A stretch of DNA of 64,000 nucleotides from Paramecium tetraurelia (Eukaryota): contig CT868219.1 in the NCBI GenBank assembly GCA_000165425.1, forward strand, positions 190,728-254,727. Reading direction: 5' to 3'. This document shows positions 40,871-53,215 of this stretch, in pieces. Each line of letters starts with the position of its first letter. Within the stretch, counting starts at the first letter, position 1. The notes under the pieces are model-generated. The model worked only from the letters and a program-made list of their open reading frames with translations. It made no database searches and was not told where the DNA came from. The translations under genes were made by a program, and so were the position numbers.

Positions 40871-42620
40871 ATGCTCAATAAGTACACTCTTGAATTTCTA
40901 TTCAAGGATCAAGCAGAACAATATGAGAATTATTCCAAGTCCTCCAAACTAAGGGAAGTTACTAACTTCACAATCTATTCAGTTGTAATATAATCCATAT
41001 CTAATTCATAGTCATTTTCCATTATCAATACCACTAAATTTATTTTACGGGATTCTATTCCTTATTCAATACTTAGTGGAGGAGCTATTCTTCTTATTTT
41101 GATCCTATGGAAGATACTTTAAAGAAAGCCACACTTGATCAATGTGATTGTAACCATTTATCAAATATTTTTGCTTTGTGCCTTTAAAATACCTTAATTA
41201 TTTGAAGGGGCAACCAATCCAACCTTAGATTAATCTTGGTATTATGGTTTTTAATGCGGTTACTTACATTTTAATGTTTACCTTTTAAGTGCAAATTTCA
41301 TTTATTAAACCTTTCTGCTGATTTTAACGATTGGAATCCACCTCTATTAGGAGAACATCGACATTAAGGATGGAATTATTAATATATTTCTCTTTGTGTT
41401 TTTGGCCATGAACATGATTGCCATCAAGTATAATTATGAAAAAACCAAAAAACAACAATATCTATAAAGTTGTCAGTAAGAAAAGTGGGAATAATTACTA
41501 TCCAAAGTGTTATCAAGTTCAATACTACTTATATCCTATGATAAGAAATAGGATTAATTGTAATTAGAGAAGGAAAACAAATTTTCATCCATTTTATTTA
41601 GGCTGTAAGATAGTGAAAATCTGAGATAATTATTGAGACAAGTATTTGAATCCCCATATATTTTAGTTGATAATATCCTCAAGTAGTGATCCTTATGATA
41701 GTGTCTCAAATTTAGTTCACATTAGCATGGAAGCAACTTTGAGGAGATTTCTAATTCACACTCAAGAATTTTCCGACTCTTTTAAAACTTATAAATATAC
41801 TGTTCACCACCAATAAACTTAGAAATTTTATAATGTCAAATTACTCAGATGTGTGTTTAACAATAAACTACAATGTTTATTGATCATTGATCCAAAAAAA
41901 AAGTACTTTTACAATCAGACCTAAGTCTTGTGGAGCATCCTTTAAAATATAACTGAAACAGCAAATGAACAATCCCGTTTTCTAATTAAAATGCTAACCA
42001 AATTTAATCAAATTTCCATTAAATAGAAATTCCCAGATTAGAAATTCTATTTTAATCATAATTTCATACAAAACATCTAAATCATATTTCAAAACAAATC
42101 AAATCGTCTCAAACTCTAAGATATCACTCAAACTTCATTATAAACTCTCCTTGATCCATTAATTGGACTAGATTCCTAAAAGGTAGTACTTGCAAAGTCA
42201 TTTACTCATGATATTGCAATCATTTAGCAATTGCTAATCTCTTGCTTTTACATAATTTAGCATATCTTTAGAGATGTGAAAATTCTACAAATACTAATTG
42301 AGAATCAAAATACAGAAATATTCTTCTCTATTAAAATAAAGGAGAATGATAAAGCTATTCAAACTAAGATCTTAGAGATACTACAAACTAATTGGGTCAA
42401 GTCTCCTAAAGGATTTTTTCATAAAAATACTATTCACCAATCACTCCTAGAGAGAATTAGCTATTTGACACAATAATTTTAGATACCCATAAATTTACTA
42501 TTAAACATAAGCATCACTTAACTGATTCTCTCCGAATTTGGAGTTTACAATCATTTAGATATTATACAAACTAATAATCAGATTACTTTTAATTTTTCTT
42601 TAGTGTCCTAAATTTAATGA
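40871..42620 (+). CDS. Multi-pass membrane protein resembling a degenerate ciliate sensor-kinase architecture
   Basis: MLNKYTLEF start, several hydrophobic segments, then a long soluble C-terminal region; one intron near 41641; ends ITFNFSLVSQIQ-TGA. Confidence 0.6.
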
Positions 42621-42670
42621 TTTATTATTTTAAATTACTTAACTTATATATTATAATTATTAAAATAAAT

Positions 42671-43333
42671 ATGTAATTAATAGCTGTGTTAATTGCTGCA
42701 TACAACCCTGTTGAAAAGAAAGTTATTATACTAACTCGATATTATGAATTGAATTCAGTAGGAATATTCTATAGAAATACTGTGAAGGATTCCATGAAGT
42801 TTGTGTGTAGAGAATCAGTGATTGGATTAGACAAAGGAACCAGGTAATTAATAAAATGATTTTAAGACATTCAGTGATGCATGAGGATAAATATTGCCAC
42901 ATATAGATGGGTTACGGAAGCGATAAAGTAGGAGCATATGCATTTTGTGATCAAGATTATCCAAAAAGAATAGCATTTGCATTTTTAAATGCTGTTTTAC
43001 AAGCATTTTAGAAGAAAGTAGGAGATGATTGGAAAAAGTACAAAGAAGATGAAAGCATAGAAGTTCCAGAAATTAAGCAAGTACTCATTTGATGTTAACA
43101 ATAAGTTATTCTAAGAGTATTAAGATCCAAAGAATGTTGATAAAGTGCTACTTGCATAAACCAAAGTGGATGAAACCAATATCATTTTACATGAGAACAT
43201 AAAAAAACTATTGGAAAGATAGGGTGATTTAGATTAATTAGTTGCTAAGAGTAATGATTTATCCGCTGGTGCTAAAATGTTCTATAAATAATCTAAGGAT
43301 ATGAATAAAAAGAGTTGTTGTGAAATTTTTTGA
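42671..43333 (+). CDS. YKT6: Longin R-SNARE YKT6
   Basis: DYPKRIAF, YQDPKNVDK, VDETNIILHENIKKLLERQGDLDQLVAKSNDLS, C-terminal CCEIF prenylation motif, no TM anchor. Confidence 0.93.
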
Positions 43334-44133
43334 ATTTTTCATATATTGAAAAGAGATATATATATTTAAAGATTCAAACATTTATGATATATTTGGCTTT
43401 GCTAAGTACTTCTTCATAAATTTCAGCAAATAGATAGAATAATATTATGAAATGGTTTTTATGAATAATAAATGAACTTATCTTTCGATATGATAGCTTA
43501 TTATCTAAGTATGGAAGCCAATCTAATTTTAGATTCATCAATCTTTGATTTAAGGAAGTTTTAATAATTCTACTTTTTATATAACATCTATTTACGTATT
43601 TGTCTAATTTGAAATATCTTTAGATTGGCTATAGATTCTTATATGTATTGTTTATCTTCTATCATATCTAAATCATACATATATAAATATAACGTTAATT
43701 TGATTTAACTAAGCCATTATTTTTAATAAATTTTCATCCAATTTTCAAATGTTCAATAATAAATAAATCATAATGATTTTACAATAAAAAATTAAAGATT
43801 ATTGATTTAAGTATTATTAGTTGATGGTAAAATTCATATAATTCGAAGAATTAGGTTATTTATTATTACTTATTTAATAATAATAGCCTATACTTTTTAT
43901 GTAATGCCATCAATAAATAGTATTCTTAAATACATAATAAATGATTGAAAGTTATTCTAAAATCTTATAAAATCAAAAAGGTTTTCCAATCTTAGTCAAT
44001 TTACTATGAATTCAATTAATTAAATCTTGTTTTTGATCTATTTTAGTTATTTACATTCCAATCATATAAAGTGTGTTTTGAAAGAAACTACCATTCATAT
44101 TTGTCTCTTTGATTCAAATAATATTAAAATAAA

Positions 44134-45156
44134 ATGAATAAAGAATCACAATCAAAAATATATTGGCATCATTTTATTGCTGGTTTGGTTGGAGGATTCA
44201 TTAGTGTAACTGTATGCCATCCTTTAGAAGTAGCAAGAAGCAGATTAAACCTTCAAGTAATGAATTAACCATTTTAAGAATGCTACTAAATCTGTAAACA
44301 AATATCAAGGTTTCATTAACTCACTTTACGTTATCTATAAAGAGGAGGGTTTTGCAGGTTACTACAAAGGTAGAAATGCATCTTCATTTTGAAGGGTATC
44401 GAGCAACAGCAATTGCTAATCCGATTTTTCATTCACTTTTCTTTCCCCTTTATAAATGGAATAAGAAAACTTTAGAAATCTCGTATGGAATAAGTGGTTT
44501 CTAGAATCACCTTTTGGCAACCATCATCACAGGGTTGGTTTGCGATTTAATTACAAATCCTTTATGGGTATATTAATGCAATTAAGTCTTATTAAAAGTT
44601 AATCAGAACTAGAATGTAAACGCAATACTTACATGATCAAAATAATGCAAAATATACATCTGTTTTTAGAGGATTGATCACTTTATAAAAAGAAGTAATG
44701 AATGAAATAAGGGTTTTAGGAAGGTTTCCTTGCTTTGTACAAAGGACTTGGAGCTACTGTGTTGGGTCTATCCCACGTGGCAGTATAGTTCCCAATATAC
44801 GAGAGATTAAAACAAAATTATACTGATAAGAATGGTTAGCTTTTGCCAACTGATATTCTTAAAGCCTCAATATTATCAAAGTGTAATAAATACATTTATG
44901 TATAGCAATGGCTGTTTTGGTAACCTATCCTCATGTGGTTATACGAACTAGATTACATGATAATAAAACTGTATATAAAAGTGGCCTCAGATCAAGAGTC
45001 AGAATTATTGATATTTGTAGGGTTATATATGAATAAGATTCTATTGGAGGATTCTATAAAGGCTTAATACCAGATTTAATAAGAGTGTTACCTACAAATA
45101 GTATAACATTTCTTGTTTATGAACTCTTCAGTCAATACTTAGGGAAGCATTTTTGA
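44134..45156 (+). CDS. Mitochondrial carrier protein (NAD+/folate carrier subfamily)
   Basis: Three carrier signature repeats: [45 protein letters not shown]; five short introns. Confidence 0.9.
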
Positions 45157-45209
45157 ATGGATTAAGCGCATTTAAATATGTATAGGTGGAAATGAAATAT
45201 TGTATTTAA

Positions 45210-45914
45210 TCAAAAGTAATTTTCAGTGTTCATAGTATCTATTCCTAATTCATCATCGTCCTCCTCTGATCTATCAAAAGCAATAACTTATAAATTATAA
45301 TCTGTATCAGGTTCTCCAACATTGGAGACAAAGCTGCTATCAATCAAATCTCTAATGATTAGAGTAAAGCTTTGAGTTCCATCATGAAAAGCCTACAATT
45401 AATCAAAAACCTTTTGTAATTTGTTATCACGATATGGATCATCACAATTATAGATGGGTGTTTTATCTCTTAAATGATCCAACACCTTAGAGACAATACC
45501 TTAGGTTGTGGTGAACACAGCTCCCAAAGTACCAGTGCACATTTCCAATTCAATTTCAGGAATTTGTAAACTGGCTGTTTCAGATTTAAATACATTTCTC
45601 TTCAAATCTTGTTGACTATTAACATACAATCTAAAGAGTTTTCCTTATGGAGTAATACCATTCGCTCCTTTAATTTCTGTATCCCTGTATCCGCATTCAT
45701 TACATGTGAATGACATAATGATAAGATCTCTGACGTAAGGAATTGTGATTTTACACATCTTATTTATTCCTAATTAGCCACACTGGTTGCAATGGTTGGA
45801 GAATTCCACGCCATCATTATCAAATTATTCTTTGACGGCGGAATTGAGATCTTGATTATTTAAGTTTATTTATTATAGGATTTCCTTAGTAACATCATCA
45901 TTTTTCTTATCCAT
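45210..45914 (-). CDS. Single-module ZPR1 paralog (one C4 zinc finger plus B-type domain), intronless, 234 aa
   Basis: Open frame MDKKNDD...CNQC...IPYVRDLIIMSFTCNECGYRDTEIK...DLKRNVFKSETASLQIPEIELE...FTLIIRDLIDSSFV...DDELGIDTMNTENYF-TGA. Confidence 0.88.
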
Positions 45915-46071
45915 TTAATCTTTGATTTGTTGGTATGAATAAATTAATTTATGAGTTCATTTTAGATATCCTATAAAGTGCTGTGGAATAGTCATCGGAA
46001 TTCATTAGTTAATTTTTAAATGATTGTTTTTTCTTATGAAATAGTCATTAAAATAAATAATAAATTTTTGA

Positions 46072-47512
46072 TCAATTCTGATAATTTTCGGTCTTCATTG
46101 TATCTATTCCTAATTCATCATTGTCTTCTGGAGTTCTGTTAAAGAGAGTGATTTTAACTTAATTGTCCTCATTTGGATAGAAGGGATTTTGGATGAAGCT
46201 GTTTTCAACTAAATCCCTTATGATTAAAGTAAACTTGGATTTCCCTGACTTGAATTCTTCCAATTTCTAAAATATTTATTCCATCTTCTTCTTATAATCC
46301 TCATCAGCGCTATCTCCAACAAATGGATTCTACTATTAAATTATAATAATTACATTATCCCTTAAATCGTGTCAGAATTTATTCTAATAATCCTTCGACA
46401 TTTGAATATACTCCACCCAAAGTACCAGTTCCAAGTTCCAATTCAATATCAGGAATAATCAATTTAGCAGTATCTGATTTAAATACATCTCTGCATAAGT
46501 CATTTTCATTTTCAAATTTCAATTCTATTATTTTACCTTATTTACTGATCTCACCAGTTGCTTTAACCTCTGTATCCTTGTATCCACAAAATCCACAATT
46601 GAAACTCATAATTAGAATCTCCTTAAAATGAGGAATAGTGACAGTGCACATTTTGTTTTCTCCCATTTCCTTACAGACATTACAAGGTGTTGGAATATTG
46701 ATAGATTCATTTTTAATAGAATCATCAATAGATTAACAAAAGTTTTATCCGCCTGCTTAGATTTATTCAGTCCCTTAGTGAATTGGGTCAGCAATGACTT
46801 ATTATTATTGCTGAACCTCTTATTTTTAATTCTCAGCACTATATCCCATAGCTTCCAACTCCTCGATTGTTCTTATGTAATGTTGAATTTTAAGCGAGGG
46901 ATCTTCTTAGAGTTCATTTAAATTTTAGATGAAACTATTTCCAGAGGGGTCCTCCAATATCCAATGAAAGGGTAATCCTTAACCATCTTTGAATTCCTTT
47001 AATTTTCCAAGGATGTATTCAATTCGATTATGGACTTCCACTTATGTAAATTTTCTTATAGGTTGATCATGTGATAAGTCATCAATAATATTTTAAAGGA
47101 ATCCTTCTAAAGTATTGATGCTGCTCTTCTTATTGGATGGCATTTCAAACTCTAGTTCTGGAATCAAAGCTTTACAGAACTCCGATCGGATGATTTGTCT
47201 TTGGAGATCCTAAAATTATCTAAAATAATCTGTACTTTGGGTTCATTGACTTTTAAATGCAGTTTAATTCCCTTTTCTTTGATTTCTCCACCAAATTACA
47301 CTTCATTATTTTTATATCCACAATGTTCACAATCAAAAGAGACAATGATAATATTTGAGAACATGGGTATTTTAGTCAATAAAATTGTAGTTTTGCCTTG
47401 TTATTCACAATTTACGCATAAGCTATCAGTAACGAAAGCTATTTCATAATGATAAATTAGTACGCTCTGAATCTCCTGTAAGGTTTGCATAAATTACTTC
47501 TGGATTATTCAT
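46072..47512 (-). CDS. ZPR1: Zinc finger protein ZPR1 (two modules); one apparent +1 frame break
   Basis: SLCVNC...SFDCEHCGYKNNEVQ, LEDPSGNSFI, second finger PCNVC...SFNCGFCGYKDTEVK, DLCRDVFKSDT, DELGIDTMKTENY; frame break at ~46365. Confidence 0.94.
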
Positions 47513-47621
47513 TAATTAAAATTTTAACAAACATATAAAACTTTACGTATAAATGAAACTAATATAGTCTTTAAATAAATATTATTTAATGATCATAATG
47601 TATTAAGACATTCTAATTTAA

Positions 47622-49112
47622 TCAATCTACCAATTATTATTATTAAACTTCTATTTACATGGATACATCATCCTCTTAATGTTCTTCTTACATTTCTCCC
47701 TCTTCATCCCACACATCTTCCCATTCTCCTTCATTTCCCCTTAATTCTCCCAGATCCTCAAATTCTTTCACCAATTTCCCCCAATCTTTTGGGAATGGAT
47801 CATTAGTATTATCCCACCCATTCTATAAGAATTGTACCATCTCTTCTTCACTTAATAAACAACTCTCGAAAGCATCTAGAATTTCTTATTTTGGTAAATT
47901 CTATCCTATGAACACAAGCTCTTATCTTCTATCCCCTATAGGTTCAGGTAGCCAGTTCTGTTTAAGTCCATCCCAAATAGCCTATTGATATAACTATATA
48001 GCATACATCAACTTCTTCTTTGGTATCAGCCCAAACCTTCTTGGGTATGGATATCCACCAAAAGGAACCAGGATGGTAAGTCAACTAGGTTCCTGCCTTG
48101 TGTATGTGAATGTTTAATCTTTCCCAACTTGCTATCCACATATATCCTTTACATCTTATGATATTATTCCAAAAAGATAGTTCTTCTGTGTTATTTCTCT
48201 CGATAAGTTGAAATAGTCTGTCAGGATGGAATGCTCTTCTTGATTTGAATGCACAAGATTAGATACCGTATTCCTCAATCTCACTTTTATGGATTGGCTT
48301 CTATAGTTCAGTAATCCACTTTCCCGTTGTAGAGGCTTCTTCAAAGTTGAATAATTTTGTGTTGATGATTTCCTTTAAATCTATCTACCCTTACACAGAG
48401 TCAATAATCTTAGCATTGGGATTCAATTTCTTAAGGAGATTCAATATAAACTCTTTTCTTTCCTAATTCACAAGATCTGTTTTGTTCAATATTATAACAT
48501 TAGCAAATTCAACTTGATCCAACAACAATTATGACAATGGAATCTGATCCATCTATTTGTTATCTACATTCATTTCCTCTCCTAATTTATCCGATTACAA
48601 TTGATCCAAGAAATTCAAGGCGTCAATCTAAATAATAGATTATCAAAGATACCATAGTGACCATAGTGTCAAGTCTAGCGAACTTCTTCAACATCTATCC
48701 CTTCTTTCTCATCTCCTCATTTTCAAAATAAAAAGCTTAAGCTATTGGCAAAGGCTCAGCTATTCCTGTACTCTCAATCAACATATAATCAAACTACCCA
48801 GACTTGGCTATCTTCGATATGTGTTTGATTAAATCCTCTCTAATACTATATGTCTAATAATTACCTCAAGGTACAGCAAATGCATCCATTTGACATTTCA
48901 ACAAGTTTTTCCTTAGTCTTCTTCACACTAAACTTTCCTTCCTTTATCAAGTTTGAATCGACATTGATCTCCCCCATGTCATTAACGATGACAGCTATTC
49001 TGCAATCATGGCGCTATTTAAGAATATAGTTCATAAGGGTTGTCTTTCCTGACCCTAAAAAACCACAAAGTACTGTAACAGGCAATTTCTTAATTTTAGT
49101 GGTGTGATTCAT
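47622..49112 (-). CDS. COG0523 (CobW/G3E family) metallochaperone GTPase, YciC-like
   Basis: [72 protein letters not shown]...[20 protein letters not shown]; acidic tail; short introns. Confidence 0.95.
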
Positions 49113-49725
49113 GTGCCAACTTGGATATTATTTTTAAATTAAAAGGTGATTCATGAATTACCACAATTTATATTAGTGAATTTCACACCCCCTTATTTAT
49201 AATTATATATAAATTATATTATATATGTGAATAAAATTAGTTTTTAGTATACATTAAGTATTGGGCTACTATTCACTTGTCTTTCTTGCTTTCATTTCCA
49301 ATTAAAAAATTAAAAATTTTGTAAAATTACCAAACATATTTTTCATTTATTTTAAAATCAACAAGAAGATAATGTGTTATAGGTGATATACAATAGAATG
49401 CTAAATAAAAACCAATTTATATTATGCTATTAATCTTTTAATGATTAATGAATCAAGATTTGTAACATTTTTCATAAATAAATACATCAAATATCATAAA
49501 TCTAAGTTAAGGAAGAAAATATCATATTTTATGATTATTTTCCAAACAAAGATGAGGAGATGTGCCTTTAGATTTATTGTTAAATTTAGTTTGATTAAAT
49601 TTATAAAATTAAGAATTATATTGTTTCTCGAGTGCATGACTAAACATATAGTTAAATATTTGAGTTACAGCATCAGCTCAAACTCAGTGATACAAATTAT
49701 AAAAATTATATAATTAATTTAAAAT

Positions 49726-51412
49726 ATGTCGTTGCAATTCTAACCTAATGCTAACTCAGTATTAGGAGCATTTTAAAGAGTCGGATTAAATCAAGGGCAA
49801 GCTTACTAACCTGATCAGATATATTAAGCCTTGGATCAATTAGTATATTAAAATTTAAGAATAATCAACATAGACAGGCTAAGCGTATGATAGGGATGTG
49901 GCCACTTAAATTTATGAACAATGCACTCCAAATCAAAGAGGATAAGTTTAAATTGAAGAATTTTCACAGATTTTGATATCTGCTGATGCGATGTTAAAGA
50001 AAAAGATTAATGATACCGAAAAATAAATTTAGTAGTTGGTTGAGGAATCAAAGGATTGTCAAAGACAAGTATAGGAAATACAATGTACTAATATTTTATA
50101 TAGAAGACACTCAATAATAAAATTAATATGGTATAGACATTGATTCATCTCTCAATTTAATCATAAAGTCAGCCTCAGGAATCACAACTCAAGATTTCAT
50201 TTAAAGTTATGTATCAATATCAGTTGATAATAATGAATAAATTGCTTAGCAGAGTGGAGGAGATAAGTTCCATCCAATATTTAATGAGCAATTGGGATTG
50301 TACTATTACATGTTATTAATGTCTAGCCAAATCAAAACAGGAAGAGAGAATGTTACCCTGAGCTTATTGATCTAAGATCGAAACCAAAAGAAATCTTTGG
50401 TTGGACAAGCTAGGATAGATTTGTCTTAATTATAAGATTAATAAGTCCATTCTCTCCAACTCCAATTGTAAAATGATAAACAATAATATGCTTCTCCAAC
50501 CATATAATTCGATGTCCAGTGGATTTATAATAAAGTAATCCCCATCCATTATTTAGTTAAAATATTACCAAGAAATGATCTCTAAATTCGAAGCTGATAT
50601 CCAACAACACTACAATGATATCGAAGATTACAAAAGAGATCTATTTGTAGTTTAATAGCCTTTCATGGATAAAAGTTAAAGGCAGAATCTTTAATCCTCC
50701 TTGAAACCACAAACAAACTCAAAGGTGCAAACTAACTCTGCCCTGCTTTATTAGCAACAATAAAACTAACCGCAAATATACAAGCCTACAACACCTCAAT
50801 AATCTTAAAGATAGAACTAAGATAATATTCAACCACAATTTCAAGGAGAGGCCTCAGAAGAACTTAGTGATGAAATATATTATGGATTCATCTTGTATCT
50901 TCTGATGATTGTCTTATCCATGTTCCAATGTTTTGCAAGACCAGCCTATGTGGATGTAAACTTCAGATTATAGTCTTATAGATTTTATTAGGCACTTTGT
51001 ACTTGTTGATTATCTGCAGAGATTGCTTTACTCCAGAGTACTTGAAAATAGTGGGGGCAATAACAGTCTTTACCATAGTTTTAGATATATTTTGGATAGC
51101 AATTTACAAAGTAACTTCGCATTAGTAATATTTTAGAATTGGTGGAGTGGCACAGACAAAACTCTACCCACTTGGGGAGAAGCTGGAGATCCAATTGTCA
51201 GAATAACTATAGTGTTTTGCATATTCAACATGATTTTAAAGGTAAAAAGCTATCTTAATCACTTGTAGACTGCCCTGTGCTATATAATATTCCACTATTA
51301 TAAGGCTGCTTAAACAAATTAAGTCTTGAAGTTCAAAGCATGGTAGTTGGAATTCTAGATCGGAATATTGAAATAAAATCTCTTTACTTCAGACAAGAGA
51401 CTCTTATCTTGA
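49726..51412 (+). CDS. C2-domain protein with EF-hand-like/coiled-coil N-terminus and C-terminal transmembrane helices
   Basis: IKSASGI...SYVSISVD...HPIFNEQLGF...LVGQARIDLSQLQDQ...DVQWIYNK; Gln-rich linker; about four hydrophobic segments; many short introns. Confidence 0.72.
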
Positions 51413-51440
51413 TTTATTAAATTATCAATATAATACAATT

Positions 51441-52467
51441 ATGTAAACTCTTGATTAAATTGTTGAGGATCTCTTCAATAAGTTCACCTTCTAAAAACCG
51501 ATTCCTTGTCCAACACCTATTAAACCATAGAGGGCATATTCAGCCTTCAGAAGAAAACCTTAAAATCCATAATAAATTTTATAATAAGCAACTCAAATTG
51601 TCGAGAGGAAACAGGCTTTGCTCAATAGCATTCAATCAATGAAACTCTAAAGAAGCTATACTGTTTGCAAAACTGAAGAATCAAATAAACCTGTTAAATT
51701 TGAAAGATATCAAATTTTATCCAAATTGGCTGTTGGAGCATTTGCAACTGTGTTTAAAGCTTATGACAGAATGACTGATTCTTAAGTAAAAATAACAAAT
51801 ACAATAGTTTAGGTAGCTATCAAAAAGTATAATTCTAATCTATTAAAATCAGAATAAAAAAAACTGTTGTCTAAAGAGACAGAGATACTGAAAAAGTTAG
51901 ACCACGAAAACATAGTTAAATTTCTTGGGACTTACAAGAATACAATAGTCTTAGAATTTATTGATGGACACACTCTGACGAATTATTTGAAAAGTAAGTT
52001 TAGAATCTATTTACCAAGATTAACCAAATAGGCGATTATAAGAAAAAGAAGCCAAGCAAATATATTCTTAAATTCGAGATGGAATTAAATATTTGCACTC
52101 AAAAAATATCTTTCATAGAGATTTAAAAGCAGACAATATTATGATAATCAATTAATAAGTTAAGCTAATAGATTTCGGACTTGCATCAGAAAATTAACTC
52201 TGCTCAGATTTTTGTGGTACACCTGCATATATGGCACCAGAAATATTTCAAAAAAAACCCTATGATGGCAGAAAGGCTGACATTTGGGCTCTTGGAGTCC
52301 TGTTGTATTAAATACTTTGTGGAAAAGTACCCTTTCCAGGTAAAAATGATGAAGAAATTATGTTGGCTTAACTTCCAAAATTCTCACTTCCTAAAAAAAT
52401 TAGTAAAGAATTTCAATATCAGTTATTACATCTTTTAGACAAAGATCATACTAAAAGAAAACTATGA
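51441..52467 (+). CDS. Ser/Thr protein kinase (CAMK-like group)
   Basis: [42 protein letters not shown]. Confidence 0.92.
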
Positions 52468-53215
52468 TAGTACTTTATTTTCATAATAATATGAATTATT
52501 GTTTATCTTTAACGTATTCCTCAGCTTTCTATCCATTTCATTTTAACGAACAAAGATTGATAGTCTCTGTTTAAATTATTGTTATATGATTTTTTTATTT
52601 GGTAAAACAATACACTAGCCGATATATTATTACGAGATCTTAAATGCATTTAGAAACATTCTAGAAACTCAAAATTACATGAGAAAGATATTTAGATGAT
52701 CTTACATATTTGGATAAAATTACATTTTATTATATTATTATTATTTCTATGTTTCATTCTCACTTAATATAAAATTTCAAATTTTTAAGTATTCATTAAA
52801 AATTGAAAAAAAACCATTGAAACTCTTATTTCTTCTTATAATTTATAATATCAATTATAGGAATAGTAATTTCAAATAGAAAAAAATAAGAAGAACAATA
52901 ATTTTACAAAGTTAGTTTAACTCAGTTAATTTTAAACTATTGGTTTGATCATTGCCTTAAATGGCATTTAGTTTATATATAAATTATTAGGGAAATTATT
53001 ATTTCCATTATATAATTGCATAATAATTTGATAAGGTTGAAACAATTTTATGTAAAAGTCAAAATAGACTTCAGATTTGAAAAGCTGTTAAGAGGACATG
53101 CTATTGTAACTTGTTTATCCAAATTTTAAAGGCAGAGCCAATCAAAATTTGAGTTTATCTATTCTTAAACTAAGTATATAATAGTTTTAATGCTTAAAAA
53201 TAAATTAGCATCAAA

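Noticed and set aside
45900..46005. Upstream ATG at 46005 as the start of the half-ZPR1 gene
   Set aside because: That frame terminates at a TGA near 45900 and is out of frame with the ZPR1 module; at most a uORF
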